64,000 bases of DNA from Eledone cirrhosa (taxonomy: Eukaryota). Positions 48,733-62,879 of this stretch are shown one piece after another. The notes below the pieces were generated by a model. The model had not been told where the DNA came from. It was given only the letters and a program-made list of their open reading frames with translations, and ran no database searches. The stretch is taken from positions 1 through 64,000 of the forward strand of contig CAXHJY010000704.1 in the NCBI GenBank assembly GCA_964016885.1, read 5' to 3'. A program made the translations under genes and the position numbers. Within the stretch, counting starts at the first letter, position 1; each line of letters begins with the position of its first letter.

Positions 48733-51700
48733 TTTCTATCAGTCAGTCAGTTGGTAAGAAGAGTTATGGGTGTTCCTTAGGGGTGAAAAGTAATAGCCGT
48801 ATGAGTAAGGGATTGAACGTATGGCCTCATGGTTAAGCATGTTTCTATGATAAGGTTTAATTTTCAGGTTGAGTGCTTGCTCAGTTGTTAAGTGGGGTTT
48901 CACAGTCAAGAAGAAAGTTCTAGAAGGTTGCAGTTTTAGGGAGAATGGACTAAGCAAAATCATTAGCAAGTCAGACACATTAACAGAGATAGGGGAAGAA
49001 AGTTGGGTAAAACAAATAGTTTTATGTAGAGATGAATAAATGGAAGCTATTACAACTAAGAATTGACACCATAACATGGACTCAACACACAAGGAACTGA
49101 AATTCACTCTGTGGCTTTCACCATTCTTAATATTTAAAATAAATCATCATTATCACCATTTAATGTCCATTTTTCCATGCTAATGTGGGTGAGACAAGTT
49201 GCTCTGTTGTGAGACATGCCAGGTCAGATGACCATGTTTTGCTCATACAGAACTGATTTTAGCTTGGTTTCTACGACTGGATGCCCTACTTAACACCAAT
49301 CACATTTGCAGTAAAATTTTACTTTCAGTCAGGAAAGAAAATGCCAGAGTTTTGGCAATGTAAAAGCTGGGTCACTTTTAAGTGAAGAATTTTAATCAAA
49401 TGTTTCTAGTCAACAGTTCATATTGTATCATCAGCAGGGCATTGGGTTCATGTGTAAGGCACACAACAATGAACAAACAAGTCTACTTCAGTTACTACAG
49501 GGTTTTACAGATCACTGGGGGAAGCAGCAGGAGCATTCTGAAATAATTTCTTACATTGGCAGATCGTTGGAAGCATTTGGCAATTACGTGAAACTGATAC
49601 GTGTTTTGCTGGCTTACAGTTCTGAGTTCAAGTTCACTCATGGGATTTTACTTTCGTTTCTTTCATTGCTATTCCAAAGTCGGCTTCAAAAGGAATAGCT
49701 AAACAGCATTTTATAACTTAAAGTAGAAACCACATGACTCACTCTACAGAATCATTAGAAAGTTATTAAACAAAAGAAATATATGAGAGGGGGTGGTAGA
49801 AGAAGGAAAGCTTACAAAAAGAAAAAAAATGATACAAAAACCCGATAATGATAAAAATAATATATTAAAAGTAAATCTGAAACCAGAATATTATTAGTAA
49901 TGCAGAGTAAAGCTGTCCAATACTATATAATTAGATGATCAATCAACTCTGCAGATATACTTTTGGTCCAGCTGATTGGATGAAAATAAAATAAACAAAT
50001 GGTTTCTCCCTTGACAGTTCTCCCTATGGATTTTCTCTAAACCACACAAAAGCATCAGGAGCTTGTGTCATGAATAAACTTGCACAGATGTAATCCCACA
50101 GTTCTAAATAAACATTCATGCAGACGAGGCAAAATAGGAGGAAAGGAGGAGGCCATGAAAGCTATTGATTGGCTATCTGAACCATTAGTTTAGCAAATTG
50201 TTTCTGGTGGTGGTGGTGGTGGCTGGTGTGATGGGAGAGAATGTAGTATTGTGATGGTAGTATCAGGGGTGATAGCTGTGGTTGTAGTGATCATGTCAGG
50301 GAAGAATTACATTATATTAGATCTGCAAACATTACACTGTGGACCACTCTAAAACTATCAAGTGTGTGAGTGTGTGTGGTATGACAAACATGACAAATAC
50401 ATGTACCTACTTGCAAAGTACATTGGTTGAATATTTATATAGTTATTTTAAATTCAGTATCAAAACTACTGCAAAATGAAGTTGTTGGTATTTCAGATAC
50501 ACCCCAATGTAGTTCTAACCCTTCAACAGACCTTGCTGTTGTACAGGACTGCAGCTTAGTTCTAATTTTCCAATTGTTGCTTTTGTTTAGCCCCACATCA
50601 ACCCTGATTGAGCAGATCTATGATCAAAGGTGCTCCAACAATAGCCAACCAGTCTTTTTTATATATGTAGATTTTTAAAAAAATCAAAAAACAAATCACC
50701 GAAAATATTCTAAATAATTAAAAAATTATCATAACAATGATAATTATGATTTCTAATTTAGGCTCAATGTCCACTGTTTAACAGGGTAAGGGGAAAGTTA
50801 ATTAAATTGCCTCTAGTATTTCACTAGAACCATATTGACCATGGAGAGATAAAAGGTAAAATTGACCTCAGTGGATATTTGAATTAAGAATATAAAGAGT
50901 TATAAGAAATACCCCAAAATATTTGTCCAACACTCTAATGAGTCTACCAGTCTACCACCATCAACAACCACAATGACAATGATATATTTTTATTCTCAGA
51001 ATGCAGAAAATAAGTTTGTAGCTTAGAAAATTTGAAAAAATACACCTAGAAACAGAAAAAAGTAGCTAATGGCCACTATGAAGAATCTGTCTATAGGAGT
51101 ATTTTACTCAATTTTCTTAGCTCCTGAAATTTAGATATATTTTACAGCAAGATACCCATTATTAATGATATTTTTTTTTACTATCTTTGTTACTTGAAAG
51201 AGAGTGCAGGGATTTATTATATTGTCATTTGTAGGCATGAAAGATGAACTGATTTAATCTGAGCAGGATTAGAACTCACAATAACAGGAAGGAAAGTAAC
51301 TTTTATTAGTGTAAAATATCTAATCTAGCGACATACATTTCCCATGTATGGAATGGTTTGTTTTTACATTGGAGTTTTTATAGCTAAATAATCCTTCCTG
51401 ATGATAAAATCTTAATCATGAAGAAGAAGCAGAGTTATGTGTGCTGCCCAAGATCACAATACTATGGGAGCAAAAAGATCTGAATTTATGATCATGTAGT
51501 GAGTAGTCCAACTTAGCTAAAAACAAAACCACCAATTTAAAATAATTTCTACTTAAATTAAAATCATCCAACATACCCTGTTAAATATACAGAAAAAGAA
51601 AGCAGTATTAGAAAGGACTATAAATGCCATAAATGAGAGGAAAAGGAGGAGAGGAGCAAAAACTACTAGACAAAGAAAGAAAGAGGGGGAAGGGGAGAGG

Positions 51701-52744
51701 AAGACTGACTCTACACCTAAGTCAGAGCAGTGTTTTTCGGATGTGCCTCATGGAGAAAGAAAATGATTAAATTATTATCTTAGTAGAGAATTACTTAATG
51801 ATTTTAGTAAATCCATTACAATTCTTCAATTAATTGAAATGGATCTCTTTTTTTATAAAAAATAGTCAAAAAAAGGTTAAAATATCAATCTCTGAAATTC
51901 AAAGCATTGATAAACTCCTAACAAACTGCATCTATAACCCAGTTTCAATTCCTAGGTGAAACCATTTCTTTTCATGTCCATCACATCCTGTGTCCATACC
52001 AATGCAGTCTTTTTTCTTGCACACTGCTGCTAATTCCTATTAAATCCAGTAATCCAGTAGTTGAGAAAAGCTATGACTCAGAGGAAGCTAATCAAATGAA
52101 GTGTTCAATCAGTAATGCGCCATTTACTGCCCTTAGGAAAGGAATGAATATCACAACATGCCAGATCCTATTCATTGAAGACATTGTGTCTGTATAATAA
52201 ATCAAGAAAATTGATATGTCAATTTAATGTTTTCTCTAGTTTAGATGTATCAAATAAAGTAGTATGCCTTGCATCAGTCTAAATTTATAAACTTGGGTCA
52301 GTATTTGAGCATTTTAGCAAGAAAGCTATAACATCCCCACTTCTCTCTCGTTCAAGGATATTTATCAAAGTGAGTGATGGAGTAGAATTCCTAGGCAACA
52401 GAAACAGAGGGGAGAAAAAAAGTTCATCGATTTATCAATATTTTTTCCCTAAAAATGCTAGAATATAAAAACAAATTCAGCAACATACAGGAACATTGTC
52501 AGACAACTGTGATGGTTCACTGGAAGTATTTGATACATTCTGTTATTTATGTAACATAATCAGTGTGGCAAATAATAATAATTATTATTATATACATATA
52601 TATTTTATATATATATATATATATGTATATACACACACACACACACATATATACATACATACATACATACATACATATGTATATATATATATACACACAC
52701 ACATATATATATATATGCTTCATATCTAGTTATAATAGTTACAC

Positions 52745-53030
52745 TATCTCTCCACACATCATGTTCCTTCGTCATCTCCTCTGTGAGTTTCAGCAATTCG
52801 ACATCTGTTCTCACCACATCCATCCAAGTTTTCTTTGGTCTTCCTCTATTGCAGGTTTTTCTGCTGAGATTTTCTGGCACTTCTTCATCCAGCAATCATC
52901 ATCCTTGCACATCACATGTTCATACCAATGCAATGTTTTCTCTTGCACACTACCTCTGATTCTTATTATATCCAGTAGTTGAGGAAACCTATGACCCAGG
53001 GGAAGCCAATAAAATGAAGTGTTCAATCAG
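52745..53030 (-). mobile_element. RTE subfamily C 3' fragment (shorter duplicate at about 51975-52112)
   Basis: NRGRPKKTWMDVVRTD; RIRGSVQEKTLHWYEHVM. Confidence 0.8.
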
Positions 53031-53754
53031 TGGTTCAAATCATAAGGAAGAAAGCTGTTCTAAGATCTAGCTCTTGAAGCATATGAAACAGCTTTAGTGC
53101 TATATCCATTACAGCGCAGTCTCAGCTATTATATATCAAACCAACACCATTTAACTGCAGGAAATCTATTGAATATCAACTTGGATATTAATCACATTCA
53201 ATTAGAGACACTGTATCTAGGTTAGAAAAGGTACACCATATCCCTGTGTTGTAAGAAGTAATTAAAAAGGGCTAGTGCCAGTAGAACATCTGGCTATAAA
53301 ACATTGTCTCAAAAAAGGAACCCATGATGAGTATGGAGCCTGCCATGAGTCCTGCCCAGATAACCCCAGCTTTAGCAGAAAAAAATGACCTGATAACATT
53401 TGTGTTTATGTGTTCATTGGTTATCCTAATCCTCCAGACCACAAGACAAACTGTATATATAATATATATAAGTATAAAGGATGATGTGCTCAAGTACAAA
53501 AATGCTATAAAGATAGCTTATAAAATAAGGTAAAGACCCTAAAAAGAAGTGGCCATTAGCTGCTATGAGGAACTGAACCCCATATCTTCCAGATACTAGG
53601 GTTCAATTCCCCATAGCAGCTGATGGCAACTTCTTTTTCCATTTTTTTTTTAGGGTCTTCATCCTTCATCCATGTCCCTACACCTCCTCCCTTCTCCAGA
53701 TAAGTGCCCTAAATCTACCTCACCAATCCCCATGTACCTCTTCTACCCCATCCC

Positions 53755-54177
53755 CCAGTCCACACTGTAAAGTAGTCACTTTGGTACGATGACAGAAAGC
53801 ATCCTGTCCACACTGTAAAGTGGTAGTGCAGGTGACATGATAAAAAGCAGCCAGTTTACACAGTAAAGTGGTCATGAAGGCATCATGACAAAAAGCACCC
53901 CGTTCACACTGTAAAGTAGTAGTGTAGGTTACAACACAATAAGCACCCAATCCACACAGTAAAGTGGTCATGTAGGTGTCACGACAACAGGCACCGAGTC
54001 CACACTTTGAATAAGGTTGGTGTTAGGAAGGGCATCCAGCCCTAAAAATCAAGCAAGAAACAGTTCTGTATGAGCAAGACATGGTCATCTGATCTCACTT
54101 GTCTCACAACAGGACAACTCATCTAGGACAACGCCATGCTAGCGTAGAAAAATGGACATTAAATTATGATGATGATA
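53755..54177 (+). mobile_element. RTE 3' UTR with about five to six 48-bp units
   Basis: CACAC/GTAAAGT repeated every 48 bp from 53761 to 54001, then the conserved terminal block and (GAT)n. Confidence 0.85.
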
Positions 54178-54502
54178 CATGAAATGTTCCTTTATTTTTG
54201 AAAGCTGCCACAATGCATATATTAACTAAAATATGGTGGAAGAAATCAGGTAAATTACTCTCAGAGATGTCTAAAAGTACACAAATGGAGAAATAGTTAT
54301 CAAAGCCATCTGGCATACAGCAGATACACAGGTCGATTCCCACAGGCATCTCTGCCTAACTTTTCCCCATCTTTAAGAATGATTTACTCAATTTATTCGA
54401 CTATTTTATAGTTAATGTGTTGCATTACGCAACTTTTTATAAGAAAAGCAAATAAATTTCAAATTTTCAAACTTGTCCAATATCTTTGTAAACGTCTCAG
54501 TT

Positions 54503-54504
<2 letters not shown>

Positions 54505-54546
<42 letters not shown>

Positions 54547-54578
54547 TATATATATATATACACATACATATAAAACAT

Positions 54579-54647
<69 letters not shown>

Positions 54648-54648
54648 T

Positions 54649-54723
<75 letters not shown>

Positions 54724-54726
54724 CAT

Positions 54727-54763
<37 letters not shown>

Positions 54764-54822
54764 TATATACATACATATATATATATATACATATATATAT
54801 ACATACATATATATATACATAC

Positions 54823-54879
<57 letters not shown>

Positions 54880-54992
54880 CATATATATATATACATACAT
54901 ATACATACATATATATATACATACATATATATATATACATACATATATATACACATATATATATACATACATATATATACATATATACATAT

Positions 54993-55037
<45 letters not shown>
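54505..55037. repeat. Compound (TA)n/(TACA)n microsatellite
   Basis: About 530 bp of TA/TACA repeats. Confidence 0.97.
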
Positions 55038-55042
<5 letters not shown>

Positions 55043-55332
55043 ATATTACAAGACACAAAAATAATTGCTTTATCTATAAAATCCATTCTAATTGTTTCTG
55101 TTTTTTGGGGGGGTTTGTTACATTTTTGTATTTTCTGGTATCTTCTGAAGTTGTTTTCTGAAAACTAGTCTTTCTTATCCAATTAAAATATAATTTAATT
55201 TAACTACACACTACTTTCTAACCAATTATAAAGCTCTTGATTATATCAGATTGTTGTTGTTGTTGTTGATGATGTTCGTATTATTTATAGTATCATCATT
55301 GTAGTTCTTGTTATTGTTGTTTCATATGTGAA

Positions 55333-55371
<39 letters not shown>

Positions 55372-55374
<3 letters not shown>

Positions 55375-57109
55375 AAGAGACAGGCATGGAAAGACTGGGA
55401 AAATGGCGGTAGCTAAGAAAGTTGATAGTTTTAGGGTCAAAGATGCAATCAAGGAGATGAAGAATAGTAAAGCTGTGCGACCATCAGAATTAGTTGCTCA
55501 GATGCTAAAAACATTGAGAAAGGTAGGAGTCAAACTAGTAACCCTTATAGTAAATCAAGTAATACAGGATGGAGTCATACCCAATGATTGGCACAGCAGT
55601 ACAATCATTAACTGCTACAAGAGCAATGGTGATGCCCTAGAAAGGAGTAACTACAGAGGAATAAAACTAATGGACAAAGTTATGAAAGTGACCAAAAGAA
55701 TTATAGCACAGCTAATTAGGGAAAAAGTCAAAATAGATGAGATGTAACTTGGTTTCACGCCTGGAAAAAGTACTATGGATGCATTTTTCTTAGTGACACA
55801 ACTACAAGAGAAGTTCCTAGCCAAAAATAAACCACTTTTGTTGAGCTAGAGAAAGCCTTTGACAGAGTACCCCAATCTCTTATCTGGTAGTCCTTAAGGA
55901 AATTAGGTGTAAAAGAATGGTTTGTAAGAGCTGCAGAAGTTATGTACAGAGGAGCTGTCAGTAAAGTGAGAGTAGGAAATGAGTTTAGTGAGGAATTCAA
56001 GGTACAGGTAGGAGTTCATCAAGGTTCAGTTCTTAGCTCACTGCTGTTCATCATAGTTTTTCAGGCCATAACAGGAGTTTAAAAAAGGCTGCTCATGGGA
56101 GATTCTCTATGCAGATGATTTGGTCCTTATAGCTGAAACCAAAAATAAAGCTAGAAAATAAATTTCGATTATGGAATCTGAATTTGGAATCAAAAGACAT
56201 GAGGGTAAACTTGGCGAAAACTGAAGTGCTAGTGAGAAGGAGAGAAGATTGGACTCAGATTCCTTCAGGATAGTTGCCATGCTCAATATGCAGAAAACGA
56301 GTAGGCATAAACTCCATACAATGTACACGATGGAAATCTTGGGTAAACAAAAGATGTAGTGGGATATAAGGTAGACTAACAGGAAGGGAGAACTTTGCTT
56401 GGAGAAAATGCATAGGAGAAATTGAGAGAAAGACAGCTAATGATATAAAACTTTTCCAGTCACAAGAAGAATCCACAGATGTGGCTGATAGCTTCTGCTA
56501 TTTAGGTGAGTTAATTAGCAGTGGAAGAGGGTGCACCAAAAATATAATAGATAGAATAAGGATAGGATGGAAGAAGTTTAGAGAACTGCTCCCACTGCTG
56601 ACAACAAAAGTGTTCTCCCTATATGCAAAAGCAAGGCTGTATGATGCCTGCGTGTGGTGTTCAATGCTACATAGTAGTGAAACACAGGCTGTGACCGCAG
56701 AGGATATACGTAGACTGGAGAGAAATGAAGCAACCATGTTTCATTGGATGTGCAATAAAAACATGAGAGAAAAACAGAGCTTGGACGAGCTGAGAAAGAA
56801 GCTGGGCTTAAGAGGAATCCGAGATGGTGTGCAAGAGAGAAGACTGCATTGGTATGGACATCTGATGCACATGGACAATGACCGATGGGGGTAGAAAAGC
56901 CAGCAAATCCCAGTGGAAGGAAGCTGCAATAGAGGACAACCAAGAACGACCTGGGCAGAGGTTGTGAGAGCGGACCTCAAATCACTAAGACTGGCAGAGG
57001 AGATGATGAAGGACTACCAGATAACAGACAAGTGGAGAGATGCCGTGCTGAGTAGGACCCTTCCAACCCATGCAAGCATGGAAAAGTGGCTCGAAAAACG
57101 ATGATGATG

Positions 57110-57110
<1 letters not shown>
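55372..57110 (+). mobile_element. Degenerate RTE LINE subfamily C
   Basis: ORFs 55403..55747, 56481..56894 and 56913..57104; many stops; between TA runs; (GAT)n tail directly after the ORF end. Confidence 0.9.
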
Positions 57111-57141
<31 letters not shown>

Positions 57142-57223
57142 AGCCCAGGTTGAATCGGGGGTAACCATAATAAGTAAGGTACTCAATACATAGTAGAGTA
57201 TATACAATATTTAATATAGAAAT

Positions 57224-57274
57224 GGCTTCTACAGGACTAGAACTGTTTCATTCAAAGGAAATCATCAGGAAAAC
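57224..57274 (-). ncRNA. Type I hammerhead ribozyme with true stem III, in a 135-bp pLTR remnant (57142-57276)
   Basis: Minus strand TTTC-CTGATGA-tTTCctttGAAt-GAAA-CAG-ttctagtc-CTG-TA-GAAG (GUA site). Confidence 0.7.
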
Positions 57275-57289
57275 TTATATATATTTATA

Positions 57290-57352
<63 letters not shown>

Positions 57353-57377
57353 TGTATGTATATATATATATGTGTGT

Positions 57378-59968
57378 GTAAGGAAGAGCAATTAGAGTCG
57401 TACGATATAGAGGAACAGTGGGAATTCCTGAAAGCTAACCTGCTGAAAGCGGCAGATGAAGTCTGTGGCTGGAGTAGGCCTATAGGCAGGAGGAGAGTAA
57501 CGTGGTGGTGGAACAGTAAGGTGGAGGAGTCAATTAAGGCCAAAATGCAGGCTTGGAGAGTATGGCGGGATGGGGGAAGTAGAGAAGACTATCAAGTGGC
57601 CAGGAGGGAAGCTAGGAGACAAGTGTATTTCGCAAGAAGGGAAGCAGAGGAAAGAAAGTTCAAGCATGTTCTACAACGCGAGGACCAAAAACGTGAGGTG
57701 TTCAGGATTGCTAGGCAATGTGTCAAGGAAAACCGTGATATTGTCGGGGAGAAGTGTGTCCTTAATGATGATGGTGTACTTGCCATCACTGACGCTGTTA
57801 AGAAGGTAGCTTGGAAGTGTCACGACAAAAGGCTACTAAATGAGGAGAATAAATGGGAGAAAGACAGTCTCCCCCACATCGATCCAATAGAGGGACCAGC
57901 AGTGCTAGTTGAAGGTAGTATAATAAGTAAGGCAATCAAAGATATGAAGATGGGTAAGGCAGCTGGGCCTTCGGAAATAGTTGCTGAAATGCTGAAAGCA
58001 TCTGGAACGATGGGACACACTATGGTCACCCGGATAGTAAACAAAGTCATACAGAATGGGGTCGTTCCGAAGGACTGGCGTAGCAGCATCATCATTAACT
58101 GCTACAAGGGTAAAGGAGATGCCCTAGATAAGGGTAACTATAGAGGCATTAAATTAATCAACCAGGTCATGAAGGTCACAGAAAGAGTAATAGCGCAACT
58201 AATCAGAGAGCGAATTGATCTAGATGAAATGCAGTTCGGGTTTGTGTCAGGTAAAAGTACCACAGACGCTCTTTTCATTGTACGACAACTACAGGAGAAG
58301 TACCTAGCTAAAAGTAAACCCCTATACTTAGCTTTTGTTGACTTGGAGAAAGCCTTTGACAGAGTCCCCCGCTCCATTATCTGGTGGGCTCTTAGAAAAC
58401 TAGGTGTTGATGAATGGCTTGTGAGAGCTATACAAGCCATGTATAAAGAAACAGACAGCAAGGTTAGAATTAACAACGAATATAGTGAAGAGTTTACCGT
58501 AAAAGTTGGTGTTCATCAGGGCTCCGTTCTTAGCCCCCTACTATTTATTATTGCCCTTCAGGCTATAACAGAGGAGTTCAAGACCGGCTGCCCATGGGAA
58601 CTCCTATACGCAGATGATCTAACGCTCATAGCTGAATCAATGGCTGAACTAGAGAAGAAATTCCAAACATGGAAGCATGGCCTAGAATCAAAAGGCCTTA
58701 AAGTTAACTTGTCTAAGACTAAAGTTCTAGTTTGTAGGAAGGATAATAGGGCACTGGTCCCATCTGGGAAATGGCCATGCTCAGTGTGTAGGAAAGGAGT
58801 AGGCAGAAACTCCATTTTATGTGAGAAATGCAAAGTATGGGTGCATAAAAGATGTAGTGGGATCACAGGTAAGCTAACTAAGAATATAGATTTTATATGT
58901 GGCCGGTGCTCTGGTGCAATAAGTAGCAGCAAGTGCCCACAAAATACTAGCTCATTTCATTGCACAGATGGTTCTATAGAAATAGTGGACAGCTTCTGTT
59001 ACCTGGGTGACAAAATCAGCAGTGGGGGAGGGTGCTCTGAAAGTACAGTAGCTAGAGTCAGAACGGGATGGAAAAAGTTCAGAGAGCTTATACCACTATT
59101 GGCCGCTAAAGGGTTCTCTCTAAAAATGAAAGGCAGGCTGTATGATGCCTGCATCCGAACAGTAATGTTACATGGCAGTGAGACCTGGGCATTGAGTGCA
59201 GAGGATATACGCAGACCGGAAAGGAACGAAGCTTGTATGCTCCGCTGGATGTGTAATAGTAATATACGTGAACGGCAAAGCATAAACGAACTGAGAAATT
59301 AGGAATAAGAGGGATCAGATGTTGTTTACTTGAGAGAAGACTACGTTGGTACGGTCACGTGATGCGCATGCAAGACGACAGCTGTATAAAAAAGTGCAGG
59401 GCAATAAAAATAGACGGTAGCCACGGAGTAGGCAGACCCAGAAAAACCTGGGACGACTTGATAAATTCCAACCTCACACACTTACATCTCTCCAAGACAA
59501 TGTCACTGGACCGAGATCTTTGGCGCTACACCGTAATACAGAAGACCCACCTTGCCTAAGTACAAAGCGAAACCTACAGTCAGTAGGCACCTCTAACAAA
59601 AATACCCCCCCGTCCCACTACCCCCCCCCCTACCCCCCACCCCCCACCCACCCCTTCAATGTGAAGTTATGTTGGTATCACAACATCCAGTCCGAAACAA
59701 ATGAGGTCGTGTAGGTGTCACGACAAAAAAAAAAACACACAGTCCACGCTGTAATGTGGCTGTGTAGGTAACACGGTAAAAACCTCCCAGTCCACACTGT
59801 AAACGTGGTTGGTGTTAGGAAGGGCATCCAGCCGTAGAAAACCTGCCAGACAGTCCTATACGAGCAAGACAACCAATCTTGCCTCAAGTTAGAAAACTGC
59901 TGTCCAAACCCATGCAAGCGTGGAAGATGGACGTTAAACGATGATGATGATGATGATGATGATGATGA
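57378..59968 (+). mobile_element. RTE LINE subfamily B, 5'-truncated
   Basis: ORF 57356..59302 (RT and PHD-like finger), frameshift, ORF 59359..59559, 3' UTR and (GAT)n. Confidence 0.95.
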
Positions 59969-60004
59969 TACACATACACATATATATATCTTAAGCTTTC
60001 CTGA

Positions 60005-61093
60005 GGACAGTGCAAGCTATGTAGAGGGTGCTGTCAGTAAAGTGAAAGTAGGAATGGAGTTTAGTGAGGAATTCCAGATACAAGTAGGAATACATCAGGG
60101 TTCGGTCCTCAGCCCGCTTTTGTTCATTATAGTCCTCCAAGCCATAACAGAGGAGTTTAAGACTGGCTGCCCAGTTTAAGAGGACTGAGAGTAAATCTAG
60201 CTAAGACAAAAGTGTTGATAAGTAGGAAAGAGGACAAAACTCTGATTCCATCAGGGAAATGGCCATGTTCAATATGTAGGAAAGGAGTTGGCATAAATTC
60301 TATAAAATGTACACAGTGCAGATCTTGGGTACACAAGAGATGTAGTGGGATAGCAGACAAGCTAACAGGTAGGGAAAACTATATAGCAGTAGATGTACAG
60401 GGAAATTTGATAGTAGAAGTCGCAGTGATAGACACATTTTTCAAATGCCGGTAGGACCTATAGAAGGGGTTGATAGCTTCCGGTACCTAGGTGATCAGAT
60501 TAGTAAGAGAGGAAGGAGTTCCGAGGCCATAGTATCTAGAATAAGGATGGGTTGGAAGAAGTTTAGGGAGCTACTTCTTATATTGACAAAGAAGGGTTTC
60601 TCTCTACGAACAAAAAGTCGGTTAGATGATGCCTGTGTGAGATGCGCGGTGATGTTGCATGGTAATGAGACATAGGCAGCAATTGTGGAAGATATGCGAT
60701 GGCTGGAGAGAAGTGAAGCAAGCATGCTCAGTTGGATGTGCAATGTCAATGTGCGTGAACGACCAAGCATAGACAAGTTGAGAGAGAAACTGTGTATAAG
60801 AGGGATTGGCTGTAGTGTGCAGGAGAGAAGACTGCATTGGTATGGACATGTGATGTGCATGGAGGATGACCGGTGGGTGAAGAAGTGTCATGAAATCCCA
60901 GAAGAAGGAAGACGCAGTCAAGGAAGACCACGAAAAACATGGGCGGATGTGGTGAGAGCAGATCTCAGATTGCTGAAGTTCACGGAGGAGATGACAAGGG
61001 ACCATGGCGAATGGAGAGATGCCGTGCTTAATAGGACCTGTCCTACCCTTGCAAGCAGAGAAAAGTGGATGTAAATGATGATGATGATGATGA
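60005..61093 (+). mobile_element. Degenerate RTE LINE (subfamily C-like)
   Basis: ORFs 60212..60454, 60445..60675 and 60685..61074; (GAT)n then (AT)n. Confidence 0.9.
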
Positions 61094-61891
61094 TATATAT
61101 ATATTGTCCTGGGCATCATATTAAACTGCATCCAGTGGCAAGGCTCCAGTTTCGGAGTTCAGGAGTTGTGGGAAATGTGGAGTTGCATGTTAGTTGTCAT
61201 CACTTTGATGTCTATACTGGCAAGGAGCAATAGTACTTGTTAGGGCCCCATTATTGGTTAAATAATTACCTTACTCGAGTGGCGCCAGTAAGGTATTATC
61301 AGCCATTGAAAAGAAAAGAATATATACATTCTAAAAAGTTCAAATATCCACTTTTAAATCGGTTATTCACCCTACAACTGTTTTTGAACTTATTATTTCT
61401 GTATTTTAAACAAAACAGAGAGAGACAGACATTTTTTCAGGTAGATCTCATTGATAAATAAAAATGGCAGAGGCAGAGATAAAAATATAACAACAAAAAG
61501 AAGTGATGGAAAATAGCCAACATCGATATTATATATACATTTATTTTTAAAAAAAAAAAAATTGCTGCTGTTACAACTATTACCAATGCTACAACTAACA
61601 ATAATAATAACAACAACAATTAATAACTCAGTGAAATTGCAGACTTGTCTTGAATAGAAATAATGTGTTTATTTACCACTTATGTCACTCAATCTACATA
61701 TACAGTTGATTTACATTAACTTCTCTGTTCCTTTCACCAGACCAACCATTGTTATCACCACCAGCATCATTGTGTAAATTATATAGATGATAATGATAAA
61801 GGTATGAACAGGATGCTGATTCATAAAGTTGTTGCTTAGTTTTAGGTTCAGAGTCTTAAGGCAGAAGAAAAATTAATCATTTCTTGTTTAA

Positions 61892-62109
61892 CCCTTTAAC
61901 ATTACTCAATATATACTATTGTATTTTCATGGTAAACACTTTACCTCACATCATTATCTCACATAATATAGAAACTATGATATTTTGATAATATTTATTT
62001 TGAGAACAATACCTTAAAATCAGTATGAGTGGTCAGTTACAGCTGGTTTGAAAAGAAACATGTGAGAGAATTCTGGTCGGATGATATGGTCGGTTTAAAT
62101 GCTAAAGGG
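61892..62109. mobile_element. piggyBac-type non-autonomous MITE
   Basis: TTAA|CCCTTTAACATT ... AATGCTAAAGGG|TTAA: TTAA target duplication, CCC/GGG termini, 12-bp TIR with one mismatch. Confidence 0.75.
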
Positions 62110-62879
62110 TTAAGTGACCATTATACAGAATGTGGAGGACTTAATTTCTTGGGTTGTGGAAGTCTTAGCCAGATACTCAGTTTGACAACACTACCTAACC
62201 CATGAGTGGTTTTAGCAGAGTCTATTCAGTCACAAGAACTAAGCAAAGGGCTCTGATTTGAGACTACTTTCCTCCAACTTTCCCTTCCACCAGTCTTGGA
62301 CACACATGATTAAAAAAAAAAATTAGATTATAATTCAGGCAGACTAGGCATTCTCTGTTGACAAAAATTATTTCAATAGCATCATTATTTTATGACTGCT
62401 TTTCCATGCTGGCATTGGCTGGTTGGAGACCGAGTTAGTACTAAACTGGAGCTACTGTCATCTGAGACAAGCTGAGGACCATGTGTCATTTACATACATA
62501 CATTTCAGTTTCAAGCATGGTTTTTACAGCTGGATGCCATTCCTAGTATCTACCACTATACAAAGTGAATTAATTACATTTTATTGAGGAACCAGAACTA
62601 AAGAAGCTGTCCTTTTCTTGACACAACTGAAGAATCTTCTCAACTTATTTTGGCATGGTTTGTAATATTAAAATCAAAAGTGAATTGAATTAATGTGAGG
62701 AGGAGGCAGAGCTAATGAACTTTGCAAAGTCTCTGAGATTGATGAAGAGGTATATGTCATTGCAGAAGGAAGCAAACCATCAAAGTATTAAGTTGTCCTT
62801 AGACCAGTGACCTAGTCTCATTACTAGATTTAGAATAGACTCAGCTTGCAGCAGCTAAGGGCCAGGTGGTGGCATTTAA

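Noticed and set aside
51065-51126. Minus-strand TTTCAG|GAGCTAAGAAA resembling the start of the preceding PNPT1 exon (AKKE)
   Set aside because: Stop codon after six codons
51388-51430. Isolated CTGATGA heptamers (also near 14667, 17274 and 800)
   Set aside because: No correctly placed GAAA, stems or cleavage triplet
54459-55086. ORFs of 161-194 aa rich in Y/I/M/C/V
   Set aside because: Translations of a (TA)/(TACA) microsatellite
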